Positions 1-11,054 of a DNA stretch of 64,000 bases are shown piece after piece. Positions within the stretch are counted from its first letter, which is position 1. Each line of letters begins with the position of its first letter. Under the pieces are notes generated by a model. That model searched no databases and had not been told where the DNA came from. It saw only the letters and a program-made list of their open reading frames with translations. The stretch lies in contig CM000430.1 of the NCBI GenBank assembly GCA_000165345.1, positions 192,001 to 256,000 on the forward strand, read 5' to 3'. The translations under genes and the position numbers were made by a program.

Positions 1-2
1 AT

Positions 3-338
3 CTATCGTTTCTTTATAAATTCGAGGATTTAGAACAAATTAAGTCAATTTGCAAATCAACCTTGAAAATTTATACAATGGTAAATAAAAATCCTGGTGA
101 AAAAATTACTGAAGGAGGTAGAAGTGACCACGAGAAAAAGTATGAACTCTATGACGATCCAAAAAGTGCTGTAATTAGACAAGCTTTTAAAAGTGAAGAT
201 GTGACTTTAGATCTAGTCCATTTAAATAACGAAATAGATTCGATACATAACAATAAAAACATTATTCCAGTGGCAGACTTGCCACTTCCTTTAGTTTGTG
301 AAATGATATACTCGGATAAGTTTGCAGGGAAACAGTAA
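3..338 (+). CDS. Hypothetical protein; the frame is open from the window edge to the stop at 338, so this may be the 3' end of a gene that begins upstream (first ATG at 78)
   Basis: Frame 3 has no stop from position 3 to 338; the ORF-track start at 63 is a TTG; I recognise no domain in the 86-91 aa product. Confidence 0.25.
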   Translation, partial: LSFLYKFEDLEQIKSICKSTLKIYTMVNKNPGEKITEGGRSDHEKKYELYDDPKSAVIRQAFKSEDVTLDLVHLNNEIDSIHNNKNIIPVADLPLPLVCEMIYSDKFAGKQ

Positions 339-428
339 TTAAGAGAATATACTAGATGTATTTCGAGGTTATTAATATTGTTTCTATCATTACTAATGCT
401 TATTTTCTTTTTTTTTTTTTTAACTACC

Positions 429-1367
429 TTAAGCAGTAACGAAAGTTAGTATGTTTCTGAATGAAACAGATACTGTATCAAACATTTTTGACATTCTGTA
501 TGGACATGCATTTTCGTGGCATGGCTGAACATAATCGTTATTGACAAATCTTCGACTTACGAACCCGTTAGAATATCCCTTACCCCAAACAGGTGAGTTT
601 AAGTTAAATGATAAAGGTGTAAATTCTTTTAGAATATTCTGTGGTCCACTACTTTCATAATGAATGACTCCCCATTCTCCTTTATTATAAATGTCCCTAA
701 TTGTATACCAGCCATATAACAATCGATCTCCTTTAATACAGGATCCTTGGAACTTGGAGCAGGGTAGATAACCATCTTCTAAAACATTTAATAAAAATGC
801 TGTATCAAAAAGTGGGAGAGGACTTTCTGTTGCCTCATGTTGAGGTATTAATGATTGAACTAACTTATAACCAATAATATCCATATTTCTTACGTGGTAA
901 ATGGATGCAACTCTTAACTGGGTTCCTTGATCATATATATATGCAACACCATCCATTGACCTCAATAAGCATAGACCTGACAATTGTGGTCTCTCTGGTG
1001 TCTCGACTACCTTAAATTGAGATTTGAATGCTGGAATGATTGATAATATTCCTCCCCCAAAACCATTAAATGTATTACCAATTGAACATGCTGGAAGTCC
1101 TGCAATATCAACATCAGTCATTTCCTTGAAGAAATCTAACGATTTTCTTTCTAAATCTTCAATTTCACTCTGAGAAGCTCTCCAAATACGCCTATATACG
1201 TCGTAGTTGTTATCTGGAGGGAGATCGCCTCCTGTTGCCAATGGTACAATAATATCCGCCTGGAAATTTAATACATTCGTTATTTCACCTATTACGTGTT
1301 TAAATTTTATTAATACGTGTAAAATTAAAAAAAGTATTATACCTTCCCATCTATTAGTTTTTCTCAT
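429..1367 (-). CDS. Hypothetical secreted or signal-anchored protein (312 aa), family unknown
   Basis: ATG start confirmed (rc of cat at 1365-1367); the N-terminal hydrophobic stretch WEGIILFLILHVLI suggests a signal peptide or anchor; the body is globular and Cys-containing; no motif I can name. Confidence 0.55.
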   Translation of the reverse strand: MRKTNRWEGIILFLILHVLIKFKHVIGEITNVLNFQADIIVPLATGGDLPPDNNYDVYRRIWRASQSEIEDLERKSLDFFKEMTDVDIAGLPACSIGNTFNGFGGGILSIIPAFKSQFKVVETPERPQLSGLCLLRSMDGVAYIYDQGTQLRVASIYHVRNMDIIGYKLVQSLIPQHEATESPLPLFDTAFLLNVLEDGYLPCSKFQGSCIKGDRLLYGWYTIRDIYNKGEWGVIHYESSGPQNILKEFTPLSFNLNSPVWGKGYSNGFVSRRFVNNDYVQPCHENACPYRMSKMFDTVSVSFRNILTFVTA

Positions 1368-1752
1368 TTTTTTTCTTTTAAAAGATACTTCCTGGTTCTA
1401 AAAAACTAATTAGACTAGCGAATTTTTTTTTTTTTAGTATTGACTTTCCTTATAGATATTCAATAAAAAATCAAACTTTTGTATTTCTTTTCTTTTTGCC
1501 CTTTTATTGCTGAAATGTAGTCGGCAGAAGAAAAAAAAATAATAAATAATTTACCTTTTATATTTGACACGTTTCTTAATCAGAAACTTAAATATTAAAT
1601 GCTGTTGTCATTTATTCTTTAATTGTTGTCCTAGAGTATATTTTTTTCAGAGTTATCACTTTTTCAACAGCTCAATACACAATTTCACTAGAATACGAGT
1701 TACATGCATTTTTTGTGTTGTCCACATAAAATACTATAATATTAATGTGAAT

Positions 1753-1762
1753 TTACATGCAT
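1753..1762. promoter_or_regulatory. TGCATGCA palindrome (AP2-type motif) in the 5' flank of the gene at 429..1367
   Basis: tacatgcatgcaatt read directly, ~390 nt upstream of the ATG at 1367. Confidence 0.3.
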
Positions 1763-1964
1763 GCAATTAATAAGAAGCAACAAATAGGAGAGGAAGAAAA
1801 ATATGACGGAATAATATCAATAATTAATAGGTAATTAAAGCTACTCTAATGTATTCGTGTCTTTTTTAAATTATTAAAATGTTTTCTTAATACTACCTAT
1901 CCTAAATTCAAATGAGATAGAATACTCTCTTAACTAAATAAAGGTAATTATTAATAGAAGAGTT

Positions 1965-2597
1965 TTATAGGTTAGGAACGTCTTCTCCAGGAACTACAAA
2001 TTCCTCCACTCCACTCTTGTTAATGACTATAATTCTGATAATGCCACCAGAAGAAGAGTCTCTGAACATAGCGTGGGAAACTAAATCCCTAGCAAAAGAT
2101 TTACATTCATCAAGGTCCATTTCTGAATGGTACTTAGAGTCTAACATAGAGTAAATATAGCCTGATCCTGATCCTGATATTGCATATGAACCTTCAATCA
2201 AAGTTCCCCCCAATGGGATCCTGAAAACTTTAAATTCACCATTTGGATCCATTCCTGCAATGATCATATCTGCTAATAAGTGTTCTTTATTCTGATATGA
2301 TATCAATCTAGCAACAGAAGCGACAGACTTCACTTTTGTATCTTCGCCAGTCTCAAGCTCGTGATCCTGAACAATTCGGCGTACATATCTAGAAATAATT
2401 TGGGTGTCTGCTGCAGATCCAGAACGGCACATAAATACTTTATCAGTAATTTGAGTTATCTTCCTTGCTGCTCTAAAAGCAATAATTGGTCCAGTGGAGG
2501 TTCTTCCATCTGCTGCTAGAACCAACCCATCCTTGTATTTCAATGCCACAATTGTGGTTCCTGTCTCAATTTCTCCATTCAAAAAATCCAGTTCCAT
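1965..2597 (-). CDS. PSMB6: 20S proteasome beta subunit, beta1 (PSMB6/PRE3-like), catalytically active type
   Basis: A short propeptide ends ...ETG and is followed by the mature N-terminus TTIVAL (Thr1 nucleophile); the body aligns closely with PSMB6 (GADSRTTTG / SGSAADTQ / GSGSxYIY / SSGGxIR blocks). The ORF-track start at 2657 is a GTG; the first in-frame ATG is at 2597. Confidence 0.9.
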   Translation of the reverse strand: MELDFLNGEIETGTTIVALKYKDGLVLAADGRTSTGPIIAFRAARKITQITDKVFMCRSGSAADTQIISRYVRRIVQDHELETGEDTKVKSVASVARLISYQNKEHLLADMIIAGMDPNGEFKVFRIPLGGTLIEGSYAISGSGSGYIYSMLDSKYHSEMDLDECKSFARDLVSHAMFRDSSSGGIIRIIVINKSGVEEFVVPGEDVPNL

Positions 2598-3072
2598 GAT
2601 TTTCTGATCCTTTGTTCTAGCTTTCTTACTTATTTTAAATTCGTTTATTAAGCACACTAATTCAAAATTGCGCCAAAGAGGTTCACAGAATAAATTATGG
2701 GAAAATATATTTCAAACATTACGCGCAAATTAAAACAATAAAGATTTATTTGTTAGTTAATGAAATGGGAGTAATGGGGGTTTCTTTAAACTTTATATAC
2801 ATCCAATCAATCTAAGGATACCCTCCCCCCAAATATTTCTAGTACTTTCTGTCTGTTTCCCCTTATTTATGTGTATACAAGTAGTAACTAAAGTAGAATA
2901 GAAATAACAGTGAAAGATCTCCATATCTGCTCGGTAAAAATGAGGAAACATCTAATTTTTTTTCTCCACAGCAGTCATAAAGTGCAATATTTGATATAGA
3001 ATTAGACTTTACTAATGCTATTCAAATCAACTAAATAATGTGATAAAAAAAAGAATATCTGTCCTTTTTTTT

Positions 3073-3756
3073 TCAAGTAAGTTTAGGATTTTCGTTCATA
3101 GGATTCTCAGGAGACTTCTTCCAATTCTTTTGTAACATCTGAAGAAGTTGAGACCTTTTTAATGTGGGATTCTCATTCTTTAGAATTGGAAGGTTGTTAT
3201 CTACGTAAGCTAGCCATGCAGCTTTTTGTCTCTTCTCTGGATGCATATCTGCACTCTGCTTATCATCAACTCCAAGAGCCAAAAGAGCTTCATCAAGTGT
3301 TGATGCAGAAATATATTCAATATTCTTAGACTCAGTTTCAATCCTAAGTTCTTTCTCAATCCTATTGGGATTCTCCACAAGTAAATCGTCGTATCCTGAC
3401 TCTTCACTTTTGTTGCGAGAAATACCTGAAGAAGACTGCATTGCAAACATCAAAGTTCTTTTCGCTATCTCAGCCTTTGTAAGCTTGTTTCCTGTTGCTG
3501 TCTTGGCTTTGTTTGAAATTATCTTAGAATCTTCTTCCTCATATAACTTCTTTAACTCCTGTTTCTTTTGTTGTTTCTCTTCTTGCTTATTTAATGCCTC
3601 CTTTCTTCTTTCAATCTTCCTATTAGCATGTTTGTCATCATCTCTCCACTTTTCGTTCTCTGCACGTTCCTCCTCTTTTCTCTTCTTTTCTAAAGCTGCT
3701 GCCTGTTTTCTTTCTCGGGCTTCAAGAGCCTTCTGATTCATACCACCATATCCCAT
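3073..3756 (-). CDS. CCDC124: CCDC124 / Lso2-like ribosome-associated coiled-coil protein
   Basis: Lys/Glu-rich N-terminus with WRDDDKHANRK (human: WKDDDKHVMRK); C-terminal PEKRQKAAWLAYVDNNLPILKNENPTLKRSQLLQMLQKNWKKSPENPMN matches the CCDC124 C-terminal domain. Confidence 0.85.
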   Translation of the reverse strand: MGYGGMNQKALEARERKQAAALEKKRKEEERAENEKWRDDDKHANRKIERRKEALNKQEEKQQKKQELKKLYEEEDSKIISNKAKTATGNKLTKAEIAKRTLMFAMQSSSGISRNKSEESGYDDLLVENPNRIEKELRIETESKNIEYISASTLDEALLALGVDDKQSADMHPEKRQKAAWLAYVDNNLPILKNENPTLKRSQLLQMLQKNWKKSPENPMNENPKLT

Positions 3757-4301
3757 CTATTCTCTCATCTAACTAAAGCTTTTTATTCGGTAATTATTAC
3801 TTATTAGATAAATAATAACTCTTATTTCTAATCTTGGGTTAATTCCTTTACATTTATTTCTTAATTATTTTACTCATATAAGATTGAGCGCCAAAATGAC
3901 AAACCTAATTTAAATAGCATGCAAAAGGAATATTAACAAGATTAACACAGATATTACAAACTAGATAAAAAATAGCAATAAAATTACGGTAAAACTATGA
4001 AATCTCTAAATTCATAAATAGCAATATTATAAACAACATCTATTACACCTCTAGTTTTATCCCTGCTAGTTTTCTTTTGAAGTTACTAGCATTTATATGC
4101 TTTTAAGATGCAATTATTAGTACTATAAATATACAACGCGTTTCCCCCACGTAATTTTATTCTTCCTTTATGTGTATAAATACCTTAAATTTCAGTGAAT
4201 GAGTATTTAGTAAGCTGGAAAAAAAAAACTAAATAGCTCATTTTTTTCTTCTTTTTATTTCATTGTATATTTAAAAGTTTTGAGAATCTTTAGTATTTTT
4301 A

Positions 4302-6203
4302 CTAGTAAAGGAATATCCTTCCAGTATCATTCTTATCAAAATTTATGTGACACAAAGGACACTTCCTATTTCTTGATGATAAATTTCTATCAATACAGTC
4401 TCTGCAAAATAGATGTCCGCACCTATTAATTACAGTATCTTTAACTTTATCACAGCATACTGAACATTTCATTAAAGTTAAAAGTTCTTGATTCTCTGAT
4501 TTGAGTGAATTAATTTCTTTATCATAATCATCAATCTGTAGATTTATATTTTCTTCAGTATCATCAAAATTAATCTCCAAGTTGGTGAGCTTATGTACCC
4601 TATTTAGAATATATTGTACTCTGTTCTTAAGGATTGAAATTGTTGTATTATAATTTAATTCTTTATTTTCAATAGATTTCAATTTTTCCTTAAGCTTGCA
4701 ATACTCAGATTTGTAAAATTCAAGATCTAGTTTGTGTTTCTCAGTTATTGTCTTTTGCTCGATTAAAGACTTGTATACATCATTAAAATCATTTCCATGT
4801 TGTGTTTGGTAGTTACTCACTTGTTTATCTTCGCTGAGTTTGTTAATAAAGGATAAATGCTTATTTAAGAATTCAGATATCCTTGTCTCTTGGTTTTGTT
4901 GTATTCTATCAGAGTTAAGTACTTCTCTTGGTGATTCATTTTTGTTGGTTCTTCGAACCAAAGATAACTTCTCCTCATATAAAATCTTAATAGTTTCCAT
5001 TTCTTTGAGAGTTTGCTTAATGTCATCAATCCCTATTTTGAAATCATCATACTCCTTCTCCTTTTCTTTAAGTTTCTGCCGTAAATCGTCACATTCCAAA
5101 CTCTTTTCTTCAAAAGCATTACTTAATTCCTCGTATTCATTCATTAAATTTTCGATTACTTCTTCTTTTTCTCCTTTTTCCAGCTTTAAGTTGACGGTCT
5201 TAATGAACTCTGTTATTCTCATCTTCTCTGATTCAATTTTGCTATTTGCAAGCTCAAGTTCTCTGATTTTCTTTTTTTGCTCTTTATCTCTAGTATCCAA
5301 AGTCCTCTTAGAACTCTCTAAAGAAAATAGATCTTGTTTTAAAGAATTATACCTGTATTTAATATCCTCTAATTCTTGTATTATTACCTTGTTATGTTCC
5401 TCACAACTTTTTTGGTTTGCTAGAAAGTCCTTTATATCTTTAAGCAACTTGCTTTCAATCAAAGTAACGAATTTGAGCTTTTCAGAATTAAGTTGAGTTC
5501 TTAATTCAAAAATTTCTCCTATAATGCTTTGCACACAAATACAAAATTTGTCATCATCATCTTCCTTTTTACTGCTAATTTTCCCTTCAAAACTCTCATA
5601 TGGAGCGCACTTATTCACATTTTTTCTTAACTCGAAATTCTCCTGAGAGATCGCTTCGTACTTATTGGTCAATTCAGAAATTTGTTTTTCTTTTTCAATC
5701 AATTTCGACTTAATATCGCTTGAAATGATGTCAATTCTATCAACCTCAGATGAACAATCGTTTATTGGCTCGCTTAAAGTGGCTCCTTGTCTATTTGATT
5801 GATCAGTTTTACCAGACATACCAATTGAGTTCGTATTGGAGTTTGGATTTCCGGGTGAATAGAATCTTTTGAAGACATTCTGCATACTCAAACGTTGATT
5901 TTCGTTCCTTAAAGACAATATTTCATCATCTTTTTGTTGTATTATATGTTCAAACTTTTTTGATAGATTTTCTTCCTCAGATTTTCCTTCATCTTGAATT
6001 TTGTCAAAGATTGGAACCATTTCAGATATCTTAGCCTCCAGCTCATTAATTCTACGCCTGTACTGTTTACTAGATTCTTGCAGCTGAACTACATGGTAAT
6101 TAGTCAATTCCTGTGATTCTAATGGCAAATTTTCAGCCTTTGAAGAAATAGAGGGTCTTTTTGATTCATTTTCCTCTCTCTTCCTTTTACTAATCATCTC
6201 CAA
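4302..6203 (-). CDS. BRE1: BRE1-type RING E3 ubiquitin ligase (histone H2B monoubiquitination)
   Basis: Long coiled-coil body followed by a C-terminal C3HC4 RING: KCSVCCDKVKDTVINRCGHLFCRDCIDRNLSSRNRKCPLCHINF, with the same spacing and residues as the Bre1/RNF20 RING. Confidence 0.85.
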   Translation of the reverse strand: MEMISKRKREENESKRPSISSKAENLPLESQELTNYHVVQLQESSKQYRRRINELEAKISEMVPIFDKIQDEGKSEEENLSKKFEHIIQQKDDEILSLRNENQRLSMQNVFKRFYSPGNPNSNTNSIGMSGKTDQSNRQGATLSEPINDCSSEVDRIDIISSDIKSKLIEKEKQISELTNKYEAISQENFELRKNVNKCAPYESFEGKISSKKEDDDDKFCICVQSIIGEIFELRTQLNSEKLKFVTLIESKLLKDIKDFLANQKSCEEHNKVIIQELEDIKYRYNSLKQDLFSLESSKRTLDTRDKEQKKKIRELELANSKIESEKMRITEFIKTVNLKLEKGEKEEVIENLMNEYEELSNAFEEKSLECDDLRQKLKEKEKEYDDFKIGIDDIKQTLKEMETIKILYEEKLSLVRRTNKNESPREVLNSDRIQQNQETRISEFLNKHLSFINKLSEDKQVSNYQTQHGNDFNDVYKSLIEQKTITEKHKLDLEFYKSEYCKLKEKLKSIENKELNYNTTISILKNRVQYILNRVHKLTNLEINFDDTEENINLQIDDYDKEINSLKSENQELLTLMKCSVCCDKVKDTVINRCGHLFCRDCIDRNLSSRNRKCPLCHINFDKNDTGRIFLY

Positions 6204-6274
6204 AGTGAAATTTCTTATACAAGTTATTCAGACTTTGAACCACCGAAAAAGTTGTGTTTCCGTTCGCTTTACTA

Positions 6275-6297
6275 CCTCTCTCTTTCTCTCTCTCTCA
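6275..6297. repeat. CT/GA dinucleotide-rich tract upstream of BRE1
   Basis: ctctctctttctctctctctc read directly from the sequence, about 70-95 nt upstream of the BRE1 ATG (which is on the minus strand). Confidence 0.7.
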
Positions 6298-7288
6298 CTA
6301 CCTACTTTTTTTCTTACTTTATTCACTAAGCCAAGCAATAATTACTTGAGCAGTTTTCATGTATGACTAATTGGCAATTAAGCGCCAAGCAACTTTTTCG
6401 TCTCTAAATTAATATTAGTGAGGGGGAAGCCAATATAATATTAAAGAAAAAATAATCAAAATGTAAATAGATATATATATGAATGACTTGTTTTTGATAT
6501 ATTTTGGGTGAGTATTTAGCTCTGAGCATCAGTGTCCAAATAACTGTTTCCCAATGATACTTTGGGGTCGTTGTTCTTATATAAAATTAAGATTATATCA
6601 TTTGACTCAACGGTAATTATTTTTCTAAAAATAAGTTAGGAAATGAGAATTTAAGTTAAACTTGTGCGTGTGTTCAGTGAATAAACTTACTTTTTTGTTG
6701 TTTCTATAGTTATTGAAATATTCTCACTCAAAATTGAGCTTGATAAAGAACTTCTAATTTGTGTGATAGTAGAACAAAACTCTGAGACTTCATGTTTAAT
6801 ATGTTTAGATCCATATTCTGATTAATATTTAGAGATTATTTACTAGAACAGCAATAAGATTAATATAATTTACCTTGAATTGGTAGGCCTGTTTTTGTAA
6901 AAGATGCCATTCCTATGAATCCTGGTGAATTCTTTAATATCTCATAAGTAGAACTCATTTTATTAAGACTAAAAATATAAATATGCACTAAATTTGAATC
7001 TTAGAAATTTAATTATTTAATTTTTATTACTTTATTCTTGTTTCAATTCAGTCAATTAAATTCGTGTGGCGCCGAACACGTATTGTGGGAATCTACTGTG
7101 CAAATTCAACAATGTTAAAAAATTAGGATAAAAAAACAGAAAAAAAATAGTATTAGCAACTATTAAGACTATAAATATATATATATATAGCAATGTAGAT
7201 AATATAAAAAGATTTTTCTAGTATTTGTTAGCATTAGCTATGCCTTCGGTATATATGAAGTCCAAATATTTGTAAATAACAAATCACA

Positions 7289-8515
7289 TCAACACCCATT
7301 ATATACATCCGAACGAGTAAATTTGGGTCGGTTGTTCTGGTTTGATACTTGTAACTTACTATATTGAGGAGGTGTACCAGAATTTCCATTTGAGCAATTT
7401 GCATTTGGAGATGTTGCAATATTCCTATTTACAGATATGGTAGGTTTGGACCAATTAAGGAAAATCTTTGCTTCATTTCGAAGTTTATATGAAACATCAG
7501 AGGAAATTAAAGGTTGGGTAAAGCTGTTCTTGTTTGAAGATTGTTGTGAAGAGTCTAATGAGTCCAATGTTTGAATATTCAATACTTGGCCTGTTGGCTT
7601 TTCAGTACAAGTACCTGAACTATCATTTTCATCAGAAAATTTTACTGCAATATGCGATAATTTTTCAATATTATCTTCAGAATTGTTTTTATGAATAATT
7701 TCGCCGCTATTTTTAGTACTTTGTTTTTTTAGCATTGTTATACGATTTTGCTCCTTCTTCTGAAAGATTTGACTATTAATTTGTATAGAAGTAGTCATGC
7801 CTGGTCCATTAGAAATGCTTGAACAACCATTTTCGACTAAAGATTCTGACTCCTCTAGATTGGACCTTCTTTCATTTTTTTGTTCAACCTTTGAAAGAAC
7901 GTCATTCAATAATCCATAATGCTTATGAGCATTTGGAGGAATACCATTAATCTTAATGTGCACATATAATGACCAGGAAGGGTAAAGAAAGAAACAAATC
8001 GATATAATACATAGTAAATAAGCACAAGAGTATGTAATATATCCACGGATAACGGAAGCAATTAGAGCGTAAACATTGGCTATTAGTTGAAAGTTCAATT
8101 GTATAAAAAAGAAATATACGCATCGAGAATTTGAAATTGTGCATCCAATATAACCAAGCACACCACAAAATATACCAAAAGATATCAATAATAGACCTAA
8201 TACCATTATAATGGCGACAAAGAGAACAGTTTGAGTTCCAATTACTTCAGTAAATAAGTAAGATCCCTCGAATACCAGCAAACTTAACCAAATACATATC
8301 GACATTATAGAGATAAGCCTTACAAATGTGTCAAGTTCACAGCCTAGTATATTTGAGGCAGGCTTGATAGGAATACAAAATAGGAATTCTGGATAACTCT
8401 CGCACTTCTTACCATGTGTTGTTCTAGTCGCTTTTCCAGGGTAAGGAAGTAAATGGTGTTTAAACTGTTCCCTTTCACCCTTCTTAGAGTAAGATAAACG
8501 ACGCTGATGTCGCAT
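7289..8515 (-). CDS. Hypothetical multi-pass membrane protein (about 4 TM helices) with a long Ser/Asn-rich hydrophilic C-terminal tail
   Basis: ATG confirmed at 8513-8515; four hydrophobic segments between residues ~60 and 200; low-complexity C-terminus; no recognisable family. Confidence 0.5.
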   Translation of the reverse strand: MRHQRRLSYSKKGEREQFKHHLLPYPGKATRTTHGKKCESYPEFLFCIPIKPASNILGCELDTFVRLISIMSICIWLSLLVFEGSYLFTEVIGTQTVLFVAIIMVLGLLLISFGIFCGVLGYIGCTISNSRCVYFFFIQLNFQLIANVYALIASVIRGYITYSCAYLLCIISICFFLYPSWSLYVHIKINGIPPNAHKHYGLLNDVLSKVEQKNERRSNLEESESLVENGCSSISNGPGMTTSIQINSQIFQKKEQNRITMLKKQSTKNSGEIIHKNNSEDNIEKLSHIAVKFSDENDSSGTCTEKPTGQVLNIQTLDSLDSSQQSSNKNSFTQPLISSDVSYKLRNEAKIFLNWSKPTISVNRNIATSPNANCSNGNSGTPPQYSKLQVSNQNNRPKFTRSDVYNGC

Positions 8516-8608
8516 ATTATGGATTCTGTTCTTGCATGCTCTATAAGCTTTTTCCAGGCGATATTTCCTAATCAGTTGATTAATTCTTTTTTAATTCACT
8601 CCCACCAT

Positions 8609-8620
8609 CCCCCCCCCCCC
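8609..8620. repeat. Poly-C (12 nt) homopolymer in the 5' flank of the membrane-protein gene
   Basis: cccccccccccc run, unusual against a ~30% GC background. Confidence 0.8.
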
Positions 8621-9209
8621 AAATATTCACTTGCCCGCTCAAACTATCGTAGTACCGGCATTGTCATTTTATATTTGCATTTATGCAAATTTTCATTAAA
8701 AATTATTGCATGTGGACAAAATTAATTACGTGGAATAACGAAAGAAGCATTTAACAGCACACAAATTATTTAATAATTTAACTTTTCAGGAAAAAAATTA
8801 AAATTCATAGGACTTTGGATTGGATGAAATGTGTATATTTATCAAACAGAAAAATTCATAGACAAATTAAAAAGAAGAAAAAAGGTTGGCAATAAACAAT
8901 ATGAAGTTTAACAATATTAATGAATGCCTGAAGATCAAATACCTTTAAATAAAAAAAACACAAGTAAAAAAAATTAATAAATAATATATTATGAATTAAT
9001 AAGTGGAAATAATCTAATTGTGAAGTTAATGTTATCTTTATTCAAAGAACTTAGATGTAATAGGAAGTCAATAGCAAGAGGATATGAGCCAAAGCAGTAT
9101 AAGCAATAGCAAGAAATTTTCTATTTTAAGTTATTTTTTGCTTCCTCTCAATTATTCCCTATAAAATAATTGCTCCTTTTTACGTAAATCTAATCTTTCC
9201 ATCAACTTT

Positions 9210-11054
9210 TTAGTCCATGTCATCGTTTTGAGAACGGGGCTTTGGACCTCCTGCAGGCTTTGCCATAATGATTTCATCTATTTTAAGAATAGTAACAGCT
9301 GAGTCTGTTGCTAATTTTAAAGCAGAACAAAGAGTGCCCAAATGATCGACAATCAATCCTACTCCCTGCTCATTATTTGAGATACAGTCAATAATTGGAG
9401 AAGTTCCAGAACCACAGAAAACATTTATTCCTTTATGTGGTTGAGAACCTTGTTGATGTATTGCATGTAGTGATGCCAGAAGATCGGTGGAGTTTAGTCC
9501 AGAATTCTCAGCCAATAGTCTTGGGAAAACGTCTAAAGCTTCAGCAAACATATTTACTGCGTACTCCTCCATTCCAGGAACAGGTACATCTACAGAATTT
9601 TGTTGGTATTTGTTTTCAGACTTATCATATGCTCTCAAGCATTTAGAAAGCTCAACAAATGTAGCCCCAGCGCCAGCAACAAATCGATTATCTTTTGTAG
9701 ATGATTTAACAACAGAGACAGAATTCGCAATAGCCCTTTCCATTTCATCCAAAATTCCCTGAGTAGCACCTCTAAGAATAACTGAGCTTACTTTGGTATT
9801 AAGAGCATTAATCACAGTGACCTTCTTCGATCCAATTTCCTCAACCCTGATAGAACTAGCCTTTCCTATTTCTTCTGGAAGAGGAACTCCCAATCTAACC
9901 ATTGCAACAGCTCCAATACTTCGGCAAATGCGCCTCAGTTCCCATTTAGATGTAATTCTTAGAGTTAATATATCGTACTTGTTGCAAAAGTGTTGTGCAA
10001 TATCAGAAATTGGACCGCCTGCGATAATAGCATCGATCTTACCGGTTTGTTTAATATCTTTAATCAAGTTTTCAACCAGAGATTCCTCACCTCTAGTAAA
10101 ATCCAAAAGCTCTTGAGCATTATTTAAAACAACTGTACCTTTCGCCTCTGTTCCAGTCATCTCTAGTCCACATCCTAAAACCATAACATTTGAGACCTTT
10201 TCCAATTTTCTTATTGTACCTCCAGGCTCTCTATTAACCATCATACCATTTATTGTAAATGATTGCATTGGGGATCCTCCCAAAAGCTTAACAATTCTTA
10301 CATTGTCTATATTGAATTCTTTTAATTTATCTTCATCTGGCATTATGCTTGTAATGGCTTCACATGTCAATCTCGTAATTAAATCAGAATATCCTATATT
10401 CTTTGTTGAAACCAAAGGCCTTACAATTCCAGATAAGTCACTAACATTCTTAAAATTAGCAACTCTATGTGCTACCATTCCATTTAGTAAAGATAATGAT
10501 CTTTCTAAGGCTATTTCATATCCTGCTACAATATCTGAAGGATGTAAACCATTATCATTAAGTAGCTTTGCAGCATTTCTTAATAATTCTCCTGCAAATA
10601 TCAAAACTGTATTGCTCGCATCACCGTACTCTTCAGCCTGCCTCTTACATGCCATTACTACCATATTTGCTGCTGGATGCTGGATATCAAGTTCTTCTAT
10701 AATTGTTGACAAGTCACTAGTGATGAACTGTTTTCCAAGATGATTCACAATTAACTTATTCATGCTATTTGGACCATATGATGTTTGAGTCATCTCACTT
10801 AAATTTACGCAAGCCTCAATATTCCTCAATACGGCCTCATCCAGGCCGGAAAATGCCCTGCTTCCATCTTTTAATAAATTTGTAATTCCTGGTCTTAATT
10901 GGAACTAAAAACAATCAGAGGAAATTAATTAATGAAAATAATAATTAAAAAAATTGACCAATAAGTAGCTCAAGCTAAAAAGAATGAAGGCAAATGGGCC
11001 ATATCGCCATGTTCACCTTATTATTGACCAATTTTTATACTCTAAACTTACCAT
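9210..11054 (-). CDS. CCT8: T-complex protein 1 subunit theta (CCT8). Two exons: exon 1 is the ATG only (11054..11052), intron 11051..10905, exon 2 10904..9210
   Basis: The C-terminus IIMAKPAGGPKPRSQNDDMD matches human CCT8 IIMAKPAGGPKPPSGKKDWDDDQND; the equatorial-domain motifs are present. The open frame upstream of the ORF-track start reads FQLRPGITNLLKDGSRAFSGLDEAVLRNIEAC (human: PGFAQMLKEGAKHFSGLEEAVYRNIQAC) and ends at an acceptor tttttag; 147 nt further upstream lies ATG|GTAAGT. Confidence 0.85.
10905..11051 (-). other. Spliceosomal intron (147 nt) placed immediately after the start codon of CCT8
   Basis: Minus-strand ATG at 11054-11052 is followed directly by GTAAGT; acceptor TGTTTTTAG ends at 10905; the splice restores the conserved CCT8 N-terminus. 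Confidence 0.7.

Noticed and set aside
1564-1770. 68-aa Cys-rich ORF (MTRFLIRNLNIKCCCHLFFNCC...)
   Set aside because: It sits in the AT-rich spacer between two minus-strand genes. Its composition reflects TGT/TGC-rich sequence by chance, with no signal peptide, no conservation cues and no promoter motif
3210-5496. Antisense ORFs inside CCDC124 and BRE1 (3210..3446, 3365..3736, 4840..5496). Similar antisense ORFs lie inside CCT8 (9395..10743 region), INS2 (17347.., 18631..), the mucin gene, MCM2 and others
   Set aside because: All lie opposite strongly supported conserved genes. They have Ser/Leu/Phe-rich low-complexity translations typical of AT-rich antisense frames, no start-context or motif support, and the density of the locus leaves no room for overlapping genes
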